From NCBI GenBank assembly GCA_043803945.1, contig JAZDJN010000033.1:1-64000 (forward strand): 64,000 bases of DNA, written 5' to 3'. This DNA comes from a bacterium (GTDB lineage Bacteria > Bacteroidota > Ignavibacteria > UBA10030). Below the pieces are notes generated by a model. That model was not told the origin of the DNA. It worked only from the letters and a program-made list of their open reading frames with translations, and did no database searches. The position numbers were made by a program, and so were the translations under genes. This document shows, one piece after another, positions 41,346-51,300 of the stretch; position 1 is the stretch's first letter, and each line of letters opens with the position of its first letter.

Positions 41346-41750
41346 TTAGATTATTTCTTGCAACGTAGTGTTATCGAACAAACCATCGAGATTATGCTGT
41401 AACTTTTCCAAAGGGCCGCGGATGGTGCAATTGTCAATGAGAGTACATCGCTCTTTCCCTGCCATATAACATTCAGCAACCATAGGTTTCGAATCATCTA
41501 TCGCTCTGATAACCTCAGCAATAGTCAATTCTTCCGGATGTCTTAGTAAAGCATATCCACCATGGGATCCTTGCTGCGATGTAACTATGCCAGCGCGCGT
41601 CAGCTTCTGTAACACTTTGGCAAGTAAGTCGTATGGAAGTGCATCATATGTCGCCAACTCCTTCGCGGTAAAGACATGACCTTTCGGCTTCATGGCCATC
41701 TGGCGAAGAGCAATAAGAGAATATTCAACTTTTTTTGAGAGCTGTACCAT
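41346..41750 (-). CDS. Rrf2/IscR-like transcriptional regulator
   Basis: LSKKVEY, G..GGY.L wing, three C-terminal Cys (C.......C.....C). Confidence 0.92.
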   Translation of the reverse strand: MVQLSKKVEYSLIALRQMAMKPKGHVFTAKELATYDALPYDLLAKVLQKLTRAGIVTSQQGSHGGYALLRHPEELTIAEVIRAIDDSKPMVAECYMAGKERCTLIDNCTIRGPLEKLQHNLDGLFDNTTLQEII

Positions 41751-41775
41751 ATATCCGACTGATTCAGTCCTATAT
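41751..41775. promoter_or_regulatory. IscR type-1-like operator
   Basis: ATATCCGACTGATTCAGTCCTATAT closely matches ATASYYGACTRWWWYAGTCRRSTAT and abuts the rrf2 start codon. Confidence 0.75.
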
Positions 41776-41939
41776 TGATGTAAAAAAAATCAAGGTTTGA
41801 GATTCTTGCCTTGAATATTTCGAGTGCAAATATATGAACTATTCCGTATTCTTTCCAATGCTGTCATTCTGATTATGTAACATCAGAGACCTGTAAAAAA
41901 GTTTCATTGCCCTTATCGAAAAAGGAATATTTTTGAACC

Positions 41940-42878
41940 ATGCCAATTCTAGAAACTGAGAATCTTACAAAGATCTATTCTTCAGGAATTTTAAAGAGGA
42001 AGAACATAACAGCACTGAAGGGCGTTTCCATCGCCGTTGAACCAGGTGAAATATTTGGCCTTCTTGGGCCAAATGGAGCAGGGAAAACGACATTTATCAA
42101 GCTATTACTCTCCATTGCACACCCTACGTCAGGGAGTGCCAAAGTTTTTGATGTAGGAATAGGAAATGTCGAAATCCAGAAGAAAACCGGATACCTACCG
42201 GAAAACCATAGATATCCCCCCTTCTTAAGTGCGGCTGAGACATTAAGATTTTTTGGCCAGATTCACCGAATGAGTAGTGACAAGCTGCGAACCAGGGTCA
42301 CTTATCTCCTTCAACTCGTCGGATTACAGGATTGGGCGAATGTTAAAGTGAAAAAATTTTCCAAGGGAATGCTTCAGCGGCTTGGACTTGCCCAGTCGCT
42401 CATCAATGATCCTGACCTTCTCTTTCTCGATGAACCAACGGATGGTGTCGATCCAATCGGTAGAAAAGAAATTCGAAACCTGCTCCTGGATCTGAAGTCC
42501 CAAGGGAAGACGATCTTCCTAAACTCGCATCTTCTCTCTGAAGTGGAATCCATCTCCGACCGGGTTGTGATTTTGAATAAGGGCGAAGTGATCAAAACCG
42601 GATTGATTTCCGACCTGACAGAACTTCGATCGGAATACGATATCCGCTATGAAGGCAGTTGCACAGAGGCAACATTCTCACGGCTCTCTGCCCTCGGCAA
42701 GGTCTCTCATGGAGAACTTTCTTCACTCTCGGTTTATGTCGAGAGCACTGAGAGCCTCAACGCGATGATCGACATCTTGCGTCAGGAGCAGATACGACTG
42801 CTTTCTCTGACACCGAAAAAATCTACACTCGAAGACTATTTTATTAACCTGATCCGCAAGGAAAATAACGCCCAATGA
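41940..42878 (+). CDS. ABC transporter ATP-binding protein (ABC-2 exporter type)
   Basis: GPNGAGKTT, FSKGMLQR, DEPT, SH. Confidence 0.93.
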   Translation: MPILETENLTKIYSSGILKRKNITALKGVSIAVEPGEIFGLLGPNGAGKTTFIKLLLSIAHPTSGSAKVFDVGIGNVEIQKKTGYLPENHRYPPFLSAAETLRFFGQIHRMSSDKLRTRVTYLLQLVGLQDWANVKVKKFSKGMLQRLGLAQSLINDPDLLFLDEPTDGVDPIGRKEIRNLLLDLKSQGKTIFLNSHLLSEVESISDRVVILNKGEVIKTGLISDLTELRSEYDIRYEGSCTEATFSRLSALGKVSHGELSSLSVYVESTESLNAMIDILRQEQIRLLSLTPKKSTLEDYFINLIRKENNAQ

Positions 42879-43744
42879 ACCCTGCCATTATACTCTTTAC
42901 GATTCGTGAGTCGATACGAAAAGGAATCCTGATTTTCTATTTCGTCATGTCAACAATCATTATTGCGGTCTTTGCTTTTGGAATTTCTCATGTTCCAGGA
43001 GACGACTCTACGATCACATTATTTGGAGCCCCCTTAAAATTCCAGGGCACCGTGAAAATGGGATCATCCATGACGGAAATTAATCCTGTTGAGATCTTGT
43101 TACTTCAGCTTGAAAAGAGCTCTGCGTCGATGATTATGTTTGTCGGAGCGATCGCCCTTGCCGGATTAATTCCTTCGATGCTGGAGAAAGGGACAATCGA
43201 TCTGTTCATCAGTAAACCAGTCTCTCGAACGAACCTCCTCATTTCGAGATCCGTTGGTTCAATCCTCGGAGTGATCGGAAATTTATTATACTTTGCACTC
43301 GGTATCTGGGCTGTGTTTGGCCTGAAAGCAAATGTTTGGGCCGGAGGGTTCCTCCTGTCAGCAGTCATGGTTTGCCTGGCATTTTTATTCTATGCTTCCA
43401 TCGTCATTTTACCCGCACTTGTCTTTCGCAATGCAATGGCAGCAGTGTTGGTGGCACTCATCTTTCTCTTCTTCTCCGGCGCAATAGAAACACGGGAGCT
43501 CTTCCTGTATAAAATTTGGGATAATATTGTCTATCACCGTATCCTGGACTGTATTTATTATGCCACACCGCAGCTCAGTGCAATGCTTGATCAAGCATCC
43601 AATTTGATCGGTGTGATGCCGTGGCAGCGAATGACCGATCCTGACGCCGGCAAGTTTACCATCATGCCATATGTCTATTCCTTCTGCTCAAGTATGGGTC
43701 TGTACGCCATCTCATTCATTTATTTTAGAAAGCAGGATTTCTAA
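42875..43744 (+). CDS. ABC-2 type permease
   Basis: About 6 TM segments; EKGTIDLFISKPVSR motif; C-terminal FRKQDF. Confidence 0.88.
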   Translation: MNPAIILFTIRESIRKGILIFYFVMSTIIIAVFAFGISHVPGDDSTITLFGAPLKFQGTVKMGSSMTEINPVEILLLQLEKSSASMIMFVGAIALAGLIPSMLEKGTIDLFISKPVSRTNLLISRSVGSILGVIGNLLYFALGIWAVFGLKANVWAGGFLLSAVMVCLAFLFYASIVILPALVFRNAMAAVLVALIFLFFSGAIETRELFLYKIWDNIVYHRILDCIYYATPQLSAMLDQASNLIGVMPWQRMTDPDAGKFTIMPYVYSFCSSMGLYAISFIYFRKQDF

Positions 43745-43814
43745 TCTTCTTAAAGGGAACCTTGTATCTCCTGCTATTTCTCTCTACATTTTCCTTAATG
43801 AAAGGAAATGAACA

Positions 43815-44933
43815 ATGAATATTGGCGTTACCTGCTATCCCACCTATGGCGGCAGCGGTGTCGTCGCAACGGAACTTGGTAAAGCGTTGGCCAAACGCGG
43901 TCATTCCGTGCATTTTATTAGTTATGCACTTCCGATGCGTCTCAGCGGCTTCATGGACAATGTTTATTTTCACGAGGTTGAAATAGCGAACTATCCTCTC
44001 TTCGATTTTCCTCTCTACACACTTGCCCTCGCAAGCAAAATGGTAGAGGTGGCAAAATATGAGAAGCTCGATCTCTTTCATTGCCACTATGCAATCCCCC
44101 ATGCAACAAGTGCATATCTTGCAAAACAGATGCTTGCTTCCGGTTCGATCAAGGTGGTCACAACACTCCACGGTACAGATATTACACTTGTGGGACTTGA
44201 ACCAAGTTTTCTCGCCGTCATGAAATTCAGCATTGAGCAAAGCGATGGAGTAACCGCTGTATCACGATTTTTGAAAGAGAAGACGCTGACAAACTATGGC
44301 ATCGACAAGGAGATTGAAGTGATACCAAACTTCATTGATGTGAACAAGTATAAGCGTCTCCCAGCACAGGAATTGCTCAATCACTATGCACCGAGCGGCG
44401 AAAAAATCCTTGCCCACATCTCCAATTTCAGGAAGGTGAAACGTGTCCATGATGTTATTCTCATTTTTGACCAGGTGAGGAAAAAGGTTAATGCCAAATT
44501 GCTGCTTGTGGGAGATGGACCTGAACGCTCGTCATGCGAGCAGCTTTGCCGTGAATTGGGAATTCAAGAGAGAGTCCGATTTCTAGGCAAACAGACTGAT
44601 GTCATTAACATCCTCTCCGCTGCCGACCTCTTCCTTATGCCGAGTCAATCTGAGAGCTTCGGCCTCTCTGCACTTGAAGCGATGGCCTGCGAAGTTCCGG
44701 TGATTTCTTCCAGCGTCGGCGGACTTCCTGAATTGCAGCTTCACGGACAAACTGGATTCATTGCAGAGATTGGCGATGTTGAGCGAATGGCCCGTTATGC
44801 CATTGATCTCCTCACGAATCAAAGCAAACATCAACTTTTTGCACAAGCTGCACGAAATCGTGCCATCGAATTTGAATCCTCGAAGATTGTTGCACTCTAT
44901 GAGCAGCACTATGCCAGGGTCTTACAGGCTTAG
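43815..44933 (+). CDS. bshA: N-acetyl-alpha-D-glucosaminyl L-malate synthase
   Basis: CYPTYGGSGVVATELG, HYAIPHA, TTLHGTD, SNFRKVKR, ESFGL. Confidence 0.95.
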   Translation: MNIGVTCYPTYGGSGVVATELGKALAKRGHSVHFISYALPMRLSGFMDNVYFHEVEIANYPLFDFPLYTLALASKMVEVAKYEKLDLFHCHYAIPHATSAYLAKQMLASGSIKVVTTLHGTDITLVGLEPSFLAVMKFSIEQSDGVTAVSRFLKEKTLTNYGIDKEIEVIPNFIDVNKYKRLPAQELLNHYAPSGEKILAHISNFRKVKRVHDVILIFDQVRKKVNAKLLLVGDGPERSSCEQLCRELGIQERVRFLGKQTDVINILSAADLFLMPSQSESFGLSALEAMACEVPVISSSVGGLPELQLHGQTGFIAEIGDVERMARYAIDLLTNQSKHQLFAQAARNRAIEFESSKIVALYEQHYARVLQA

Positions 44934-45054
44934 AGTGAAATGCATGGTGAGGGAACCGGCGCAATCCTTCGCCACGATACCACGAAAACATAATGAAGAG
45001 GAAAACGTATTTTCACTGCCTCAATCCGTTCGTGGCTCAGTGTTCCATTTCTCT

Positions 45055-45152
45055 CTAGCAGGGTGCTGAAAAAGAAAACCGCCCTGCCTGCCCCGATTCA
45101 TCGGGGGTGGATCAATCCTTCGTTGAAAATGGGTTTTTCAGCAACCTTCTAG
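45055..45152. mobile_element. MITE-like 98-bp element with terminal inverted repeats
   Basis: Left CTAGCAGGGTGCTGAAAAA vs right (rc) CTAGAAGGTTGCTGAAAAA, 17/19 match, CTAG at both ends; internal CCCCGAT-TC-ATCGGGG hairpin. Confidence 0.65.
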
Positions 45153-45160
45153 AAAGAATA

Positions 45161-45598
45161 ATGTCAACCTTTCGTATCGATCCAGAAAAACATCAGCTCC
45201 TCATCGATGAACTCGTGGCAATATTCCAGGAGTCCGGTTATTCAGTTGTGGGAGCTGATGGAGTGACAGGAATACCAGGAGTGCAAAAGCTGCATAATGA
45301 TGGTTATGGTGATCAGGAGAATAAAGCACCGGATATTATTGCACTGAATCAGGATAAGCGCCAGATGATCATCGGTGAGGCAAAGACCGGTGATGGAGAT
45401 TTTGAAACTGAACATGCACTAACGCAATACAACGTCTTTCTCGACCAGGTACATCCACGAACAATGGTAAAAGCGAAGCTCTACATCATTGTGCCGCAGT
45501 CCACACTCAGCGAGTTCAGTGCATTCATTACACACTACATCCACCCGGACTATTGGGATCGGCTGACTCTTGTGAGTTCAAAAAGAGTGCAGCAATAG
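45161..45598 (+). CDS. Small PD-(D/E)XK-fold hypothetical protein
   Basis: APDIIA…IIGEAKT motif; start set to ATG 45161 just after the MITE. Confidence 0.6.
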   Translation: MSTFRIDPEKHQLLIDELVAIFQESGYSVVGADGVTGIPGVQKLHNDGYGDQENKAPDIIALNQDKRQMIIGEAKTGDGDFETEHALTQYNVFLDQVHPRTMVKAKLYIIVPQSTLSEFSAFITHYIHPDYWDRLTLVSSKRVQQ

Positions 45599-45650
45599 TA
45601 CACTTCATATTATTGGTTATGAGTATTTCGAGGGAATACTTTCGCAGATA

Positions 45651-47876
45651 CTAAGCAGGCTTCAAGCGGGCAAATTTTACGACAAGGCTTTTTACGCCAT
45701 ACTCCTCAAACTGAACCGTGGCTTTCATTGACTCTCCCGCTCCGCTGAGTCTCAGCACCTTGCCCCGGCCAAACATTTCATGCCGAACCATAGATCCAGC
45801 TTTCAGATGGAATACCTCCTGGGACTCTTCTTCATAGTTTGGCATCTCATCTGCAAAGGAAGGTTCTGTTTTCGGTTTTCCTTGAGTTGCTTTCTTCATC
45901 GGCAGCCTCGCACCAACACCTTCACTCCAATCGATATACTTACTCGTTGAGGTGCTTTCACGGAGTTCGAAGTTCTTCTCTCCAATTTCAGAGAGGAATC
46001 TTGAGGGGCTGGTGTAGGTGAGGTCACCGAACCGATAACGCATCTTTGTCTTGCTAAGAAATAGTTTTTGTTCAGCACGGGTAATCCCTACATAAAAAAG
46101 GCGTCGCTCCTCTTCCAGTTCCTGAGATTCAATCTGGTTCGGATAGAATGGGAGAAGTCCTTCCTCAACCCCTGCGATAAAGACAACCGGAAACTCCAAT
46201 CCTTTCGATGCGTGGAGTGTCATCAATGTTATGTAGTTTCTAGTTTCATCCCAATTGTCGATATCGGCAACCAGGGTAACTTCTTCAAGAAAACTCTCCA
46301 GCGTGCCATCGGGATGTTCATCGGCATACTCGGTGATTGCCGAGAGTAATTCCTGCACATTCTCCCATCGAGCCATCGATTCTGTGGTGTTCTCATCCTT
46401 GTACGAACGCAGGATGCCGAGTTCATCGACAAGAGATCGCGAGAGTTCGCTAAAAGACATTTTCGATTTCAAAGAGAGATACTTGTCGATGAATTCTTTG
46501 AATTGTGCGAGCAGCCGTTTTGGCCGGTCTGGCAATGACTCGATCTCACTGATGGAATCGAGACTTCTATAGAGCGGTAGTTCCCTCTTGCGTGCATAGA
46601 CATCAAGCCGCTCAAGTGTCGTGTCTCCAATTCCCCTGGGAGGATAATTGACCACCCGTCTGAAACTCTCATCATCAGCAGCATTAGCAAGGAGGCGCAG
46701 ATATGCAATAACATCTTTGATTTCTTTCCGTTCGTAAAATCGAATTCCGCCAACGATCGTGTAAGGGATACTATTCCGACGCAGCACATCCTCAATTGAA
46801 CGCGATTGCGCATTGGTTCTGTAAAGAACAGCGAAATCTTTAAGATTCCGTCCCCCCTCCACAATCTCCTGTTGAACCAGTTGAGAGATCTGATAACCTT
46901 CATCCTTATCATCGACACATTCGAGCAACGTAACTTTGTCGCCCGGAGCATTTTCTGTCCAGAGATTTTTCTTTATTTGATGAATATTATGCTTGATCAG
47001 TTTGTCTGCTACCGTGAGGATATGCTTGGTCGAACGGTAGTTCTGTTCAAGCCGAAAGATATTGCAGTCGCTATAATCGGTTTCGTAGTCAAGTATATTC
47101 TTGATATCGGCACCCCGAAAGGAGTAAATGCTTTGTGCATCGTCACCGACAACACAAATATTCCGATGGCGCTGGCCCAGTAAACGGATCATTTCATACT
47201 GTGCTCGATTCGTGTCCTGAAATTCATCCACCAATATGAATTTAAACCGGTCGTGATAGCGCTCGAGTACTTTCCGATGGTTTTTAAAGAGCTCTATAGG
47301 TTTAACAAGCAGGTCATCAAAATCCAATGCATTGCTTTGCTTTAGACGCTTTTCATATTCTGCGTACACCAGAGCGGCCTTCTCTTCCAGCAAACCTGTA
47401 GCCTCTTCGGCATACTCTTTCCAGCCAATAAGCCTATTTTTTGCATTGCTGATTCTCGCTCGTATCGAGGTTGGTACAAATTGCTGAAGAGACAAGTTGA
47501 GATGCTCAATGCATTTCTTGACGACATTCAGTGAATCGTCGGAATCGTAGATCGTGAAGGAGCGGCTGTAACCGATGGCTTCTGCTTCCTTGCGAAGAAT
47601 CCGGGCAAACAGAGAATGAAACGTCCCCATCCACAGCACATCGGCTTTCTCGCCAACAAGCGTCCGGATGCGCCCTTTCATTTCATTTGCCGCCTTATTC
47701 GTGAAGGTAAGGGCAATAATTTGATACGGCGGCACACCGCAATTGATCAAATGAGCGATGCGATAGGTTAGGACTCTGGTCTTGCCGCTCCCGGCTCCTG
47801 CCACAATCAAGACGGGGCCATTTGTAGCTTTGACAGCTTCCTGTTGAATCGAATTTAATTGCTGAAGAAATGACAT
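45651..47876 (-). CDS. pcrA: UvrD/PcrA SF1 DNA helicase
   Basis: AGAGSGKT, TFTNKAA, DEFQDTN, GDDAQSIY.FRGA, LEQNYRS, H.SKGLEF, C-terminal Tudor-like domain; start set to 47876. Confidence 0.95.
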   Translation of the reverse strand: MSFLQQLNSIQQEAVKATNGPVLIVAGAGSGKTRVLTYRIAHLINCGVPPYQIIALTFTNKAANEMKGRIRTLVGEKADVLWMGTFHSLFARILRKEAEAIGYSRSFTIYDSDDSLNVVKKCIEHLNLSLQQFVPTSIRARISNAKNRLIGWKEYAEEATGLLEEKAALVYAEYEKRLKQSNALDFDDLLVKPIELFKNHRKVLERYHDRFKFILVDEFQDTNRAQYEMIRLLGQRHRNICVVGDDAQSIYSFRGADIKNILDYETDYSDCNIFRLEQNYRSTKHILTVADKLIKHNIHQIKKNLWTENAPGDKVTLLECVDDKDEGYQISQLVQQEIVEGGRNLKDFAVLYRTNAQSRSIEDVLRRNSIPYTIVGGIRFYERKEIKDVIAYLRLLANAADDESFRRVVNYPPRGIGDTTLERLDVYARKRELPLYRSLDSISEIESLPDRPKRLLAQFKEFIDKYLSLKSKMSFSELSRSLVDELGILRSYKDENTTESMARWENVQELLSAITEYADEHPDGTLESFLEEVTLVADIDNWDETRNYITLMTLHASKGLEFPVVFIAGVEEGLLPFYPNQIESQELEEERRLFYVGITRAEQKLFLSKTKMRYRFGDLTYTSPSRFLSEIGEKNFELRESTSTSKYIDWSEGVGARLPMKKATQGKPKTEPSFADEMPNYEEESQEVFHLKAGSMVRHEMFGRGKVLRLSGAGESMKATVQFEEYGVKSLVVKFARLKPA

Positions 47877-48388
47877 TCCCTGCTTCTGCTTTACTTGAAC
47901 GAACAAATCTAAGAGAGGTTTTATTGACTCTCCGATGAAAAGGCGAATGATTATAGGGAAATGAGAGACGAAAGGCAAGAGTACAGTTGTGTTCCAATTG
48001 TGCTCATGACCAGTTCCCTGTTCACCAGGTGACTATTAGTACATTACATGGTTTTAGCAAACGTTCAGTGTAATTATTAATAGTGTGTATTGTTTTAAGA
48101 ATTTCCACAGACATGTGAATAATCTTGATATCAAGTATCAAATTGAAAAGAGTAAAATGACAATGCAAAAATCAAAATGATCCTGAAACAACGCTATTAG
48201 CTTATGATCAATATTGAGATCTTAGAATCTTATTCTTCAGTAGTACTCAGCATTACTATAAAGCATGAGAACTTCAGAATTTGCAGAATATTATTGGATA
48301 ACATTTTGCATTTATTATTTTCATTTTTATTTATCCTTTTTGATTTTTGAATTCCGGAAATTTCTTAGCCGAAACACTTCTTATCAAG

Positions 48389-51300
48389 CTAAAAAAAAGC
48401 TTTCGCTTCTGCTCGAGCATTATGGATCGGTACTCGACCACCTTCCGACCTTCCCTGATAGTTCAGACTTAACTGTACATTACTATTGATGCGATAATCG
48501 AATGAGAGCTGCCATAGAATTGATTTTCCAATAGCACGGCCATTTGTGAATTCATACGAGTATTCACTCTCTACCCGTATACCCTGCTGAGCCAATGTAA
48601 CTTCCTCACGCGTCACCTCGCCTCGCAATTGACCTTGAGAGACTATTGCATACGTAAGACGCAGCGATTGGTCATTACTGCTGGCAGTTGTCACACTGTT
48701 GCCTTGAGTATCGGTTGTCTGTCCAATTCCTGTCGTAAAGCTAATTTCCCATTCGTCTTCCGGTCGGTACGAGAATTCCGTCACCACATTATCCGATAAA
48801 AGATTTCGAAAACGGTGAGAGTTCGATGTTCCTGAGAGATGATCAACTTTATGTACATACTCTGTTTGGTTCCCAATCTCCTTCACAAGCTGAGATCGGA
48901 TACGTATCGATTGTTCCTTTAAATAACTCTGTTCGGGGCCGCTGACAAGCTGCAATAATCCGGTTCGCTCATTAAAACGAAACCGGAACGACAACTCAGG
49001 ATCATTTTCATAAAGATGGATGTCCTGGGTGAAGAGTCTTGAGCCCGCAAGTGTCGTTAGTGTATTTTGGAAGTGGCTGAATTTCAACAGATAAATGTTT
49101 TTGCTATCAGATTCGCTGCTCCGCTCGTCGATGCGGAGGACGGTTTCTGTGCTTATCGAGCGGCATAGTTTTTCAAAAATAGTCGATGCCTCCGGTAGAA
49201 GACGGCGCGGCTGAACGCGGAACCGAATGCCGGTTTTCAAATCAGCAACGGGAATAAGCTGCTCTGCTGGAAGAAGTATTACAAGGTAATCGCCATCGAA
49301 TCGCACTAGTTCATACTCATTCTCATCTGCAAGAGTATTGTTGTTCATGTCTCCCCGATAACGATAGTTCCCTGTCCCTTTTGGTACACGAATAAATGCG
49401 CGTTCCAATCTGGCAGATTTTTGATTGCCAAACTCATAGTAGAGATCAAGATCGAAAGCCCGTTGCAGAGGTGTAAATCGCGTTTGCAGCCTGGCTAAGA
49501 TGATGGAGGAGTTGGCATTACCACGATCTTTAAAATCCTGAGTAAAGTTAGTTCGACGTGCAGTTATCGTAATCGATTGGGAAAGTGAATTCCAGTCCCG
49601 CAACTGAAGTGCATACCGCTGTGTTATTGCGTCAAATGCCCTCTGAAGATGGCCTCCGAGTACACTGTCCTGAGCGCGAAATTGATATTCAATCGACGCA
49701 TTCCAGGGACCATTCTCTCCCAGAACAAGCGTTGGGGTAATTTCCCTGAATCCGAAACTCGATAACTCTAGTTCACTCGTTTCTTTACGAGATTGTTCTC
49801 TGCGTTCCATCTCAATCTTGAGGCCAGGTTTAAGCTTCAAAATCGAGCCGCGTATCTCTGCTCTCTGCCGCAGCCAATTGGATTCCACCCCTCCATCGAA
49901 TGCACTGCGCGTATTTTCAATAGTGTAAGAAACGAGCCGGTTCAACGAATCGTTGTAGAGCAATGATGCAATTGCCCGTTGTGATGAAAACTCCTCAGTG
50001 GTGCTCAGTGAACCTACGCCTGCCTCTAATCGCAGGCTGCGTGTTGGAACGTATTTTAAATTCATTTCTCTCAGATCCTGATTACTGATTTCCGATTGAT
50101 TTGCGTCCCATTTTCTTACGAATTCAACCTCATCCATTCGATCGAGTGTAATAAACTTCTTTTCTACGTGCCGCTGGTTCAGTGAAAAATCTATTTCACC
50201 GAGATCGATAGAACCGATGCTGATCTTTTTAGGATTATACCGCAAGGAAAACTTATAAGCTCCTCCCCTGCGTTGATCATCATCAAGCGTTGAGAGCCTA
50301 TTTCTGTCATTCACGCTGAACGCATAATCAGCGGCAATTGAAAGCTCCTGAAGCGGAAGTGCCTGAATCCTTCCCGATACCACACGATGTAATTCGGGCA
50401 CCGGTAAGAGAATGATCGGCAGATAATTCCCCCTGCCAGGACCTGCAGCCTCATAGTGGCCAACCGATTTTCTGATATACCCTATCGAATCAGGAGGAAT
50501 GGAAGCAACGTAGGTAAAGGTGACTGAATACAGAGACGCGTTGGAACCGGGTGCAAACCAGACATACTGACGAGTTCTTCCATTGAGGAGAGTATCTCTC
50601 ATCTCATATTGACCACGAGGTGAGTGGGTTATTGAATCGACGCCTACAAATCGGATTCCACTAAGAGAGGCCGCAAACCGATCTGAGCCACTGGTCTCGA
50701 GTCGTTTTTTCATTTCATCGTCGAGAGTAATCTCAATCGGTGAATCCGGATCATCAGCTTCCTGGAGAATTGAATTATTGATTATCATTCGTTCGCCAAA
50801 GAGCGAAGCCGAGATTGAAGCTCCGGCAATATTGCGGGTAAATTGGCGCTCAGAATATTCAAAATCGATGGTGATTCTCGAAACGCTGGTGACAAGCCGT
50901 TTTGGAGTGAAGTTCACCTCTGCAGTCGCATAATCGATAGTATAGTCCTGTGTTTCTCCCCTCTGCATCAAGTCTCCATTGATGTACACCCTTTCTGAAC
51001 CTGCTATGATGATAATCGTTCGGTTTCCGGTTGGGCTGGTGAGACGATAGGGTCCCTGATTTCCATCAATGCCATTAAATTGATTTGTTGAATAGGAACC
51101 TCGCGACGTGGCTCCAACCAGAGAGAGTGTGAGAGAACTCCCCCCGCCGAATGGTTCTGATAAATTGATAAACCCCTGGGCTCCCTGCAATTTTCTTTGC
51201 AGCCTTCCAAATTCTCCTCCTGATTTTTGGTCAACCTGGTAATTGAAATCTCCAAGCACAATTTTTTGCTGTGCAGCGCTGAATTCAATAAACACTTTAT

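Noticed and set aside
44971-45036. GCCACGA…TCGTGGC inverted repeat after bshA
   Set aside because: Only 7 bp with a long spacer; too weak to call.
6431-47978. Long N-terminal extensions in the track for glgB, flippase, mtaB, mtgA, der, sufD and pcrA
   Set aside because: They overlap neighbours or precede the conserved N-terminal motifs; downstream ATGs were used.
47980-48388. Possible replication origin
   Set aside because: Only one good DnaA box and no dnaA/dnaN/gidA context.
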